The notes under the pieces were generated by a model. That model was not told the origin of the DNA, ran no database searches, and saw only the letters and a program-made list of their open reading frames with translations. This document shows, piece by piece, positions 10,985 through 22,000 of a DNA stretch of 64,000 bases. The stretch is from positions 96,102,001-96,166,000 of the forward strand of contig OZ076409.1 in assembly GCA_964187785.1 (NCBI GenBank), written 5' to 3'. A program made the position numbers and the translations under genes. The stretch is from Amphiscolops sp. MND2022 (lineage: Eukaryota). The stretch's first letter is position 1. The number at the start of each line of letters is the position of its first letter.

Positions 10985-12330
10985 TATATCTGGTATATCA
11001 CTATTCTGTCATTTAATTGATCTCGTCATAACTATGGACACTTTTTATTGACTCTTATTATCAAAATCCCCACTCAGCCAATCAGAAGTGTTGTTAGATA
11101 AGAGCAGATCTGCGCTATTAGAATGGGCAATACATGCATTTAATAGCGTTTCACTATGTCCCCCCTTTTTGCTGTAGGTGGGGGGCATATTGAAAAAGAT
11201 CCGAAAATTGATTTTAAATGAGACTGTACTTTTTGAAAAGTCACACCGGAGATTGGGTGGGATTTGAATCATGTTCAAGGTTGATTAGCCTCAAATACGG
11301 TCGATTTGACTCATGCGAAATCAAAGTATGTAATTTTTGAAAAACGAGCGAAATTGTATCGATACATTGAGCTTGACGAACAATTCTTGTGTGAGTTATA
11401 AGTACTTGGAAATCTATTTCTGCAAAAAACTGAGTGATGAAAAATTTTTTGTGAAGCTTTCAAGACAAGGCCGTGTTGTCTAAAAACGTAAGGAAACCTT
11501 GAAGACACGTGACTTACTTGCTTAGATTATGGTGAGGAAATAAGACAGAAGGTTCAAATACCATTATGTCGACATCCTTTGCGTTGAAATTTTGGTCCAA
11601 AATAATTGATGTCGACATATTCCTATCCATTACAATGACTGTCAGTTACAAGTTGCTCATTAGATTTTATAGCGGACAAAATTTGCGTTGGAATAGGGGC
11701 CTTTTTATACAATTTTAGCTTGTTCCAAACGTAAATTTCTGCTATTTTGGACAATATCAAACTATTATGGTATTTTTTGCCTGAAGTGTCCAAACAGTTG
11801 TAGGAGCAATCCTTTAAGTATTTACATTCATATATTTTCATTTACTCTTATTAGTGAAATATTTTTATTGAAGAACAAAATGTGCTTTCGTGTTGGGGGA
11901 TATTCCCAACAAGGTGTGCCTGGGGGGAATAGATGACGTGGTCCCTTTAAACGTCTCTTATCTCCAGATTTCCCTTGAAAAACCTAAAAACCTGGGAGGT
12001 CTTTTTGGGAGATAAGTTAGCTTTGTACCGTTTATCATTATATCTGCATTTGAAGGTATTTGATTCCTGATAAAATAAATCTTAATTATCATTCTTATTA
12101 TAAGAGATGAAATTGGAACAAACCCTTGCGCTTCTTTCTTGCAAAATCTTTAAAAATGTATTTTACACTTTTAAAAACGTAAACTTAGAGCAAACACTTT
12201 TAGTGGGCTCTCGGCGCGCCAATTCGGTCCAGTTTTTGGGTTTTCGGGTACTGTAAAAGATAATACTTGACACTTTGAAGTCCTTTTGCTATTTTTGAGC
12301 CTTAGATATGGTGCCGACTTATGCCGTTAC

Positions 12331-12610
12331 CGGCTTGTTGAACTCACGTAGAACTTTTCGATGAGTAATTTGACCATGGGCTCGCTTGTCTGATGGAAAT
12401 GTTTGTCTGTGCACTTAATCACAAAGCTCTCGCACATTTCGTTGTCACTGAGTCTGGCCAACAGTTTCGTCTTTCGCTGAGTGAGTTCTTCAATCTCTTG
12501 CATGCAGCTCTCAATTTCAGACATGTTCGTCAACTCTACCATTTCTTGCTGCATTTCCCCCACGTACCTCTCGATTCTTGTCTGCATTTTGCAATGTTCA
12601 TCGATGAGGG
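12331..12610 (-). CDS. Internal exon of a host gene (helical/coiled-coil protein)
   Basis: Acceptor tgtgtttccAG, donor GTAAC; open frame ALIDEHCKMQTRIERYVGEMQQEMVEL...; its phase-1 start matches the exon at 31267-31525. Confidence 0.6.
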
Positions 12611-13111
12611 CTGGAAACACAATTTCTCGTTTTCACCCGCTCATATTTCCCGGGTTTCCCGACCAGGTTGATCATACTCTGATCAAATATGGCACCATAC
12701 ACATCATACATATTTTTAGTCGGCGCTTTTCTTGAAAAAAGCCGACTATAGTCATGGTTTTTCGTCTTTTTTTCAATACACCTGAAGTGACCAAAATAGT
12801 TCTATCAAAAGTTCTACAAAATTTTAAATTGTACCTGTTGGCCCAGGGAACTGAACCAAAAAGGTTTTCCTTTTTTCCGCGCAACATACATTACCGGGAG
12901 AGACTAAAGGCTCCCCCTTTCAGTTGTTTTCGGGATTGTGAGACTTGTTTTCAAAATTTTGCTTTCATAAAAGGGTCCCCAATTCACCAATACTTTGACA
13001 TTTTGAAGTCCTTTTGCTATTTTTGAGCCTTAGATATGGCGCCGAGATGTGGTTTCGGCTTGTTTTTGAATGATCTTACCATGATCAATCTGGATCATAT
13101 ATGGTCCAGAG

Positions 13112-13819
13112 TGTAACGGCAAGCTCTGGCACAGCAATATCAACCGACATATTCAGAAATTTTGTCAAAAATTCGTTCAAATCTGACGTGGCACTCAAAC
13201 ATGCTCAAGACGAAGTACCTGCCAGAAAAAGCACCCCAGAAAATCAGAAATCGCCGCTCGCGACGAACAAGCACCGGAGACGACAAAAAAGACGTCCCCA
13301 ACGTGTACAGAACACGGTATTGTGTCTATCTCTAGGAGATATCCGTTGTAAAGAAAACCAGTGTTCCAGATGTTCGCCTGAGTGTTCCTGCGGTATCCTG
13401 TGTGGCAACTAGCGCTAGCGCTGGGCTGCTGAAGTCAATTTCCATCAAATGACTCTGAACTCTTGATTTCTTGTTGTATTTTTCGATGTGATAGATTAAT
13501 GTGCTCGAGAGCTGTTATTTAACATCTATTATCCAATTTGGCGATTTTATCAGATTCTCCAATACTACGGTTCAACCTTCACCGATTTTCAGCCCGATTT
13601 TTAAAGGCTAGTTGAACATGCAAGATGCCTGTTACTTTTAGCAGTTACAGACTAGGACCAGGCCAGAGAGTATCCTACAAGACGGTTCCCCCACCTTGGG
13701 ACTGGCTCCTTCGGAGGGAAAATGAGCTAGAGCCGCGGAGATCTAGGTCCCAGATTATATTCGCTGTTCTTGTTCCTCCACTTTAAGTCGCGGTTCAAGC
13801 GCCAGCGCTTATCGTTACA
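13112..13819 (+). repeat. 5' LTR of element B (708 bp)
   Basis: Near-identical to 29611-30337 (about 4-5 substitutions plus 6-, 14- and 1-bp indels); 7-bp terminal inverted repeat. Confidence 0.95.
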
Positions 13820-13834
13820 TAGAAACTCATTTTT

Positions 13835-13852
13835 TGGCGACCACAGAGGGAT
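13835..13852 (+). promoter_or_regulatory. Primer-binding site of element B, tRNA-Arg-like (TGGCGACCACAGAGGGAT)
   Basis: Resembles the complement of the metazoan tRNA-Arg(TCG) 3' end (TGGCGACCAC...GGGA). Confidence 0.7.
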
Positions 13853-16358
13853 CGTCTTGGGAAACTTTCCCTAGCGGTTTTTAAAAGATCTGGCCCCCTG
13901 GTGATCAGCGCCAAGCCCGTTTTCGACTCTGGACAGGAGAAAGAAGCAGAGTTTTACCTTTTTTAAGTCGTATTACGTCTTACTGGAACTGGGAGAGGCG
14001 TTGAACCAGAGAAAATGCCCAAGAAATCATGTTTTCAGGTGTGAAAATGGTATTTTTGGGCATTTTAGAAGGAAATCGCTCTTTATGTGTGATGTGTTGT
14101 ATACCCATCAGCGGGTACCTTTTTGCAGGTGCAAAGGACCGTAGCACGTGGCTACGGGTGTCTAACAGGTTTTGTGAGCTATTTTCAGCCATTTTATGCC
14201 ATGCAAGAGGGTGACGGATGGATGGTTGACCATACTCCAGCGAGGCGAAGGAGGGGACAAATCTTGTGTTGCCTACTTCCTATTCCCATTTCTCGTGGAG
14301 ACGTCCTAGAGGCATGGTTTTTGGTGGAGAGCAAATGCAACGACAGACGGTGCTAACGGTCCTACCCGCGTGTTTCTGTCTGGTCTGGATGTGGAGAAAT
14401 AACGTGATGAAGATGCACCCCCTACGACCAGACGTGTCGCTCAGATGGAGTATGGTTGGCGAAAATTTTGAAAATACACCTCTTTCGATGGAGAATCGTT
14501 GGTGCAGGTCAGTAACGTTCTACCATGAATGTAACGACACCCTACGAAGTGCTTTTCTGTGAAAAAGATAGCACTCAGAGAAAAAACCCCCATTTTTGCG
14601 TTTTTTTGGTGTTTTTCTTGGCTTCGAGCACTAGTGCTCAAAGAAGCCAGGAAAACTTGGTGGAAAGTTTTGAAAAAGCAGCTGCAAGGCTCGAGAAAGC
14701 CGGCGCAGGGCACGAAAGGCGGAGTTGCTGCCTTTGGTTGTGATAAAAGTGCCAATTTGACGCCGAAAAATGTGGAAAAAGTGGAAATTTGGCCAGAAAG
14801 GCACCTAAAATGTGAACGTGCACGAGCATGGAAGTGCAAAATAGCAGTGTATGGCAGTGCTCCAAGTGTAGTTGACCCTCAGGATACTAATTGCAACTTT
14901 TGTAGCGGACTCAGGCAGCCTGGGGCTGACACAGTGCGAAAAACTTGTGATTTTTGGCATATTCGAGCAGAGAAGGTGCATTACCCGAAAAGCATCCGGA
15001 GCAGAGCTTATTCGAAGAGAGCGGGCTTGAGCACTCTCATTTTCGATTTTAATAGTGAAAGCGACGCGTGGTAGTGAAAACCGCGTGTAAAAATTCCCAT
15101 TCAGTGCTGAGAAAAAAGGAAAAACGCACTGAATTTGATCGATTTTCTAAAACCCGGACTGTCTCTGAACTAGGGTCGGATCATAGATTCCTGAACCCTA
15201 GCCAAAAAGTGGTTGCATTTTCGTAATTACCACAAAAAACAACGTTAGTGCCGAAAATTTGGCGAGCGTATCGCTCACCAAAGTAGAGAAAAGCTCTCTG
15301 ACGTTTCGACTTCAGAGAAGCATAAAAGGATCGAAAAAATCCAAAACTGCAGGACTGTCAGTGCCTTATACCTAACGGGCACAACCAATTGAGGGTTTAT
15401 CCCAGTGCTACGGATAGTGGGGCAACACGTTGGTCCCATTTTGCCCGCCGTATCACTTTCTGAGGTGATCCTCTTGGTCACTTTGTGAAAAAAGTAGTCA
15501 AAAATAGTATTTTTTCGTGTACAACGCACATAGTGGGTCGAAACCTTAAATAAGCGCTTGCCCTTCAATTCGACCATATCAGTGGCATTGTAGGTGCCCA
15601 TTGGCATAGACTACCAAGTTTGGTGCCGATCTGCGTGATACTTGTCGAGAAAATAGGAAAAACGTGGCACCCAAAAAGGTGCGCAAAGAGGCAGTTTTTT
15701 TCTAATTTTTCCGAGTAACCCAGGCACCTTAGCCGACGGGTGGGGCTATATCGCAGCCCACCATCGTAACCTGTGCAAGTTTTTCGTTGTTGCAGAGAAT
15801 TTGAGCTTGCTAGCTCTTTCCAGTGGAGCGCAATCTTGAAAAAGACGTGAAAAACAGTGTATTTCGGTACATAGTGGTACCGCACGTCTGTACCTAGGTG
15901 AAACTGTGCAGAAGGGGCGCAGCTCAAAACTGTGTTCATTTTCGTAAACCTGCGGGTACCTAAGATCTGCTGGTCAATTTTGGGCTTGATACAGCGCTTC
16001 CAGCGCACACACGAGCCTCTTGAGTGTTGTTGTGCGATTTTTGGAAAATCCAAAAATTCTTTGAAATTTTTCCTGTGAGTGACCGGAGACTTCTTGCCCT
16101 AAACCAGGTTGATTTTCTGGCCCAGTGTGCTTGTGGGAAAACGTTGTGCAAATTTGAACGGCCTACGAGCCCTAGAACACATTTCGAAAATTCCTGGACA
16201 TTGAGTAACATTCACTCTCTTAAGTGTTCACAGGGACGACCAAGGGATCATACTCGAATTGAAGACCCTAGTGCATTCGGCAACCTAATTTGAGTCCTCC
16301 GAGTAACCGTGAGCAGTTGCTCGATCGCTGACAACAAGATATATTGGCCACAGAACTG

Positions 16359-18971
16359 ATGGCGGTGCCCAATACATATTCACAATCGTGGATCGCGACG
16401 GATGATTCGCGTTTTTCAGACGACATGTCTGATGAGGTCACTATTGAACAACAACGAAAGGAGGAATTGGCCGCTATGGTTCCTCCCTCCGAGAATTCGA
16501 GCGTTTCCGAGAATTCGCGTCGAACCGAGCAGTGGGTTGACGAAACTTGCCGCGACAGGACCAATGAGGTAGAGGAGGGCTGGCCCAATTCGAATGCAAC
16601 CAATGAATTTGTGGCTGAGGAAGGGTGCTCGCGCGCACCCCCAGCTGAAGAGGCACAACCCGGCTCCCAGACCGACATGGAGCAGGATCTCACTTATGTG
16701 GGAGGTATGAGTTACGCGAGATCGCGAGGACTCGGGACCACTCGAGGACCTATTCGAGTCTGTGCCCACGGAAAGCACAAGAAGGCGCGACCACCCATGC
16801 TGAACGCAGGCGAGCATCGTCAGGAGGCGTCCCGCGTTAGGAGTATGACAGGCTCATTGGCCTCGTCACAACGGTCTTCGGTGTACAAAACAGCGTTATT
16901 GGATGCCCAAGCCGAAACCCAACGGGCTTTAGCAGGTCTAGCCAGCACTCGTGCTGAGTGCAATGAGCAACATCTTGCCATCGTGGAAAATATTAAAGTG
17001 ATGCAGACGACGATGCGTGAGGGCCTGCAGGTCAGTGATCAATTGCGTACCGCGCAGAACGTGCAAAATGCTCGAGTGGACACATTGGGTCACCGGATGG
17101 GAGAAATGAATGACATGTTGATGGCTCGCGAGTTGCGCGTGGAGACGCAGATCAAGGATTTAAGCAACCAGATGCATACAGTTCTCAATGCCATTGATGT
17201 CATGAGGCGCGAGAGGTCACTCCCGCGGCAACCTAGTGCGAGTGGAGGTGTGCGGAATGGAGGCACAGTCCGTGTCTCGGAGCCGACGTGCCCGAGCCAA
17301 GTAGTGAAACCGGAACTGCCTAGTGCGCTGAAGCCTAGCACTTCCAGGCCGGCGGTACCTGCGACTCGGAAAGATGAAGGAGCAGCCGGAAATTTGGTAC
17401 TAACCACGCCCGATGCAGAGCGCAAGCCTGCACGAGTGCAGATGAGAGGACATCACGACTCAGCAGAATCAACAATGCCCTCTGCAGCCCAGAGCACCAC
17501 TCGTGATCAAGGCGTGGATCCAATGTCAACAATCTACCTTGATTCTTCGGTTGAAGTCGACTTATCCAGCGCTAAGGCAACCCTAGGTTCTCAAACCGAG
17601 GGAGCAACGTTCGCAACGGCCCCTATTTCGATATCAGGACCAGACTCCTTATACTTGACAGCAGACTTGTCAGCCGATCATGGACTGCCCTCGGGCACTC
17701 CCTGTGCTAGCAGCACTCACAAAAAAGATGAGATCACTGACCTGTCAATACAAGCCACTCTTGGTAATCATGACAGGACACGTAAGGGGGAGACTAAGGC
17801 CGAAGAAGAAGAAGCCATATCCCCTGAGCAGCTAAGATTTACGACTGCCCTATCAAAGGCGATGTCCAAAGAGTTAGCGCCTTTGCTTGCTGGTAGAGAC
17901 TTGGCTCAGGCGAGACCCAATGTGTATCGTGGCTCCAAAGACGGATCTATTGATGGGTGGATCCTCATCATGCAGAGACATTTGAAGAGGACGCAAACCA
18001 AGGTCTCGGCAGAGGACCAAGCCTGGAGCATCATTGGTCACCTTGAAGGTGAAGCTCGCAATTACATCATCAATAAAGCAGAATCCGAACGTGATACCCC
18101 TGAGAAGGTGTTTGAATTGCTATCTAGCCGCTTTGGCGCGGGAGGAAATCGCATGCAAGTGCGACAAGCCTTCCAAAGCCGCATTCAACAAGAGGAAGAA
18201 GACTGGATGCAGTATTTAGACGCTCTAGAGGGTCTTAGAAGTCAAGGATTCCCGCAAGAGGCCATCACTACCAAGCGCTACGAAATCCTGCAACGCTTTA
18301 TGGAAGGCGTGCGAGACCCAGCGTTGAGACGGGAGCTTGCTATAGTGTATGCCTCAGAAGTCTTCCTGACCGAGCCACCCACGGTGGAATCTCTACGTTT
18401 CACCACCCGCCAATTGCAGCGCAATTGTCCTAAACCCAACCAACTCCAACCCTATGACCCCAGATTAGCGATGAGGTCTAGACCTCATCCCTTTGCACCA
18501 CTACCCCCAAACAAAATGGTGCTACCTCAAGGAGTAATGCCTCCCCCACCCGCGAGCAATGCTCCGCCAAATCAGGCAGCAGAGCAGCCCGCGGCACGCC
18601 TACCTGTTGGCGCATGCTTCAACTGTGGCCAAACTGGGCATTTTGCCCGGGACTGTCCCACCCGTGACCAGGCTCGCAAACCAGTGGCAGCCCCCGAGCA
18701 AGAAGGCGTGAAAGTCATTGCTGAAGACGTGGCTGATGGCGTGTTGGAGAATTATCCAGGCATTCATCAGTGTACGCAGTGTGGAGTCTATGATCATGTG
18801 GATGTCCCATGCAGTGAGCATTCTAATGTCCCGAGGCCTAATGATGAATTGGCCTACAATCGATGGGCTGAGGTGGAATCCGCTGGTGTTGCCGCCCATA
18901 CTGTACCCTTAGAGGATGACCGTCTATTGATGTTGCACCCGGCAGAACCTCCAGCATTTCATGCCCCCTGA
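16359..18971 (+). CDS. gag: Gag of element B (first ATG 16359; ORF-track start TTG 16344)
   Basis: Coiled-coil region, capsid-like region and CFNCGQTGHFARDC zinc knuckle. Confidence 0.9.
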   Translation: MAVPNTYSQSWIATDDSRFSDDMSDEVTIEQQRKEELAAMVPPSENSSVSENSRRTEQWVDETCRDRTNEVEEGWPNSNATNEFVAEEGCSRAPPAEEAQPGSQTDMEQDLTYVGGMSYARSRGLGTTRGPIRVCAHGKHKKARPPMLNAGEHRQEASRVRSMTGSLASSQRSSVYKTALLDAQAETQRALAGLASTRAECNEQHLAIVENIKVMQTTMREGLQVSDQLRTAQNVQNARVDTLGHRMGEMNDMLMARELRVETQIKDLSNQMHTVLNAIDVMRRERSLPRQPSASGGVRNGGTVRVSEPTCPSQVVKPELPSALKPSTSRPAVPATRKDEGAAGNLVLTTPDAERKPARVQMRGHHDSAESTMPSAAQSTTRDQGVDPMSTIYLDSSVEVDLSSAKATLGSQTEGATFATAPISISGPDSLYLTADLSADHGLPSGTPCASSTHKKDEITDLSIQATLGNHDRTRKGETKAEEEEAISPEQLRFTTALSKAMSKELAPLLAGRDLAQARPNVYRGSKDGSIDGWILIMQRHLKRTQTKVSAEDQAWSIIGHLEGEARNYIINKAESERDTPEKVFELLSSRFGAGGNRMQVRQAFQSRIQQEEEDWMQYLDALEGLRSQGFPQEAITTKRYEILQRFMEGVRDPALRRELAIVYASEVFLTEPPTVESLRFTTRQLQRNCPKPNQLQPYDPRLAMRSRPHPFAPLPPNKMVLPQGVMPPPPASNAPPNQAAEQPAARLPVGACFNCGQTGHFARDCPTRDQARKPVAAPEQEGVKVIAEDVADGVLENYPGIHQCTQCGVYDHVDVPCSEHSNVPRPNDELAYNRWAEVESAGVAAHTVPLEDDRLLMLHPAEPPAFHAP

Positions 18972-19060
18972 TAGTCACGTGCGGAGCAAAACAAGTCCAA
19001 ACGTGCCTGAAGCCTACCACGTTCGATCCGCAGGGACGAACGTTAATCTCGATTCATCTA

Positions 19061-22000
19061 ATGTTGGCCGCCGAGCAGGTGCGCAGACCAACGCTAACAT
19101 TGGCGAAACTCTGGGTTGAGCTGACTGTCCTCTATAAACGGATGGAGTTGCTCCGCTCAAAGCAATGGTACGTCCCTGGAGAGTCAGAAACCTTGACTAC
19201 GTACTCTCCGGTGCCAGTCTGTGCAACGATGGACGGCGTGGATGTGAAGTTTGAGGCCTGCGTGGTGGTAGATGTATTCCCACCCGGCCTATGCTTGGGA
19301 CCTCAAGAGTTGAAATGCTACAATATAAATCACCAAGAACCTACCGGGGAGGCGCGGATAGATGAGCGTGCGTCGCTTGTTGTCTCCTTTGTGGTGCCCC
19401 ATGCGGCACCTATCCCACTACGAGGCTTGGTGGATACTGGTTCCGGCGTGTCCATACTAACCTTCTCCGCCTTTAATCGGGTAGCTGCACGGACCGGAGC
19501 GGTCCTGAAACCCTATCAAATTGATTTGTACGCTGCCAATGGGAAGACGATAAAAACATTCGGGTTAGCTGAGCAAGTTCGCTTCCAGTTAAGAGGGTAT
19601 GAACTTGAAACCAATTTTGTAGTGGTTGACGACGCAATGGGTGTAGAGGACTTCCTGCTGGGTCGAAACTTTCTCCGCTCCTATCAAGTCCTGGTGGACC
19701 TAACCTCCATGAAGATAGTGGTGCGAGCACCAGTGAAACCAGTCTGGCATCATGCACACGCCCAGGTAGGTGACGCTTCGCTAACTACTCCCGTCACTCT
19801 GGACTGTGATTTGGTCCAACAGCCTTTCGAGCGTACAGTGGCAAAGGCTAAACTCGTCACTGACACGCTTGAACCACTAATTTTTCAGACGGTGGCACTT
19901 AACGCCTCGCTGTCTGACCCCTCATTGCAAAATACCATCTTTTTAGAGGACAGCGTGGCCACTGTCAGTGAGACAGGAACATTGTACGTGAGTTTGATAA
20001 ACCTCACCAGCAACCAGCAGCGTGTACGATGTGGTGCCCACCTGGGCACGGTAGTGCCTGTGTCCTTAGTATATCGGGCTGTGCCCCAAAATCTGGACGC
20101 TACTGCAAAAACTGATCATGAGACTGAAGCCGACAACGGTCGAGCAAATTTTGTTTATAAAGTGTACAGTGAAATGAATCTATCCACTGCTTCTGAGTTA
20201 ACTTCTTCGTCTGAATTTGAGTTTTTGTCTTCGACAGATCCAAGTGAATCGGGGCTTTCGGAGCGCGAGATCCGTAAGCGCACCGACCCCGACCTCTTAG
20301 CCCCGATCCCTGGGCCTGATTCTCAATTGCAAGAGGTTAAGAAGCTCTGGGGCGCTAGCGCCTACGAGTCCTTGGACAACATTCTTAACGAGTTCGACGA
20401 CCTATTCATGAAGCGTAAGGCGGAAATTGGCCGCTGTATCATTGCTAAACACACGATAGAGGTAGAGCCTGGGGCTGTACCGCACCGTGAAGGTGCCCGC
20501 AGAATGTCTCCCGAAAAGGCTGAACGGGCCAATCAGGAGGTTCGAAGCCTACTGGCCTTGGGGATGATACAACCCTCACTATCCCCTTGGGCAAGTGGTA
20601 TCGTAATGGTAAAAAATAAAAGCGGGGAGTTGCGCTTTTGCTGTGACTTCCGACCGCTAAACGAAGTGACCATTAAGGATGCCTATCCCCTGCCCCGCAT
20701 TGATGAGAGCCTAGCGCGACTAGGCAATGCCAAGATCTACACTAGCATAGATCTTGCCTGGGCCTTCTGGCAAATTCCCTTGCGAAAGGCGGACCGCCAC
20801 AAGACTGCTTTTGCCTGTGAGTTGGGACTCTTCGAGTGGCGGCGAATGCCATTCGACTTGTGCAATGCATCGGCCACCTTCCAGCGAGCAATAGCGCGAG
20901 TGCTACAAAAGATAGTCAATCGCAAAGGCAGTATGGTTATGGCATACATTGATGACATAGTAATAGCGACGGAGACTGTGGAAGATCACATGGCGCGTTT
21001 GCGCGGAGTCTTTGAATGCCTCCGCGAGGCTGGCTTCAAGATGCGCGTAGCCAAATGCGATTTCATGAAGTCCGAAATCAAGTATCTGGGACGCGTAGTA
21101 TCTGCAGAAGGCGTCAAGCCAGACCCGAAGGCTGTTGCCAAATTGCGCGAATGGGAGATCCCTCGCAACAAGACAGAGATGCAAAGCTTTTTGGGGTTCG
21201 CTAATTATTATCGTGAGTTTATCCCATGGCATGCCAAGTTAGTCGCGCCCCTCCACGCCGTCACTGGGTTGAATGCCACGTTTGCATGGGGCCCCGAACA
21301 ACAAAAAGCCTTCAACGAGATCAAGAAAGCACTGATCGAGGCGACTGCGCTCGCGCAGCCCGATTCCGAAGGAGAGTTTGTGCTGGACACCGATGCCAGC
21401 GCTGTTGCCATTTCCGGCATTCTGCATCAGTGGCAAGGAGCTCCAGGAGAGCGACGCCTACGACCGATCGTATACGGTAGCAAGAAACTAACCACCACCC
21501 AGGCCAAGTATGGGGCACCCAAACTAGAAATGTTTGCAGCCTATTACTTCATCCTGAAAAACCACAGCTACCTTTGCCCCCGAAAGTTCACCCTGAGGGT
21601 CGATAATCAAGCCCTATCCTGGTTGAAGACCTATTCTACAGACCAAGCATTGATTGGCCGTTGGATCATGACGCTGGACAAGTATCACTTTCGCGTGGAA
21701 CACAGACCGCGAACCCAACACCGAAATGCGGATGGCTTGAGTAAACGAACCAACGACTATCGGTGCCGAGAAAAGCAGCTTGCGCAGCTGCCTGCCGCAG
21801 GAGAGCGTTGGAATTTCCTCTCAGCCGAGGAATTCGACAACCTCCCTATAGCCCCCTGGTTCGACCTGCAAGGTCGAATAATTCCATATCACCCTGACCT
21901 ACCAGCACATCTGCAGAACTTGGAGCCTAGGGCTCCTGACCAAGCACTTCGCGTGCTTCGCCGTGTGCAACGAGCGAATAGGCGAGAACGACAGGCGAAG

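Noticed and set aside
11045..12140. Possible further host exons (e.g. 11623-11841 and ~11245-11420, minus)
   Set aside because: I could not assemble a convincing phase-consistent splice chain.
13980..16300. Several 60-170-aa ORFs in the 2.5-kb leader of element B
   Set aside because: No recognisable motifs, many non-ATG starts, and overlaps on both strands; coding function is unsupported.
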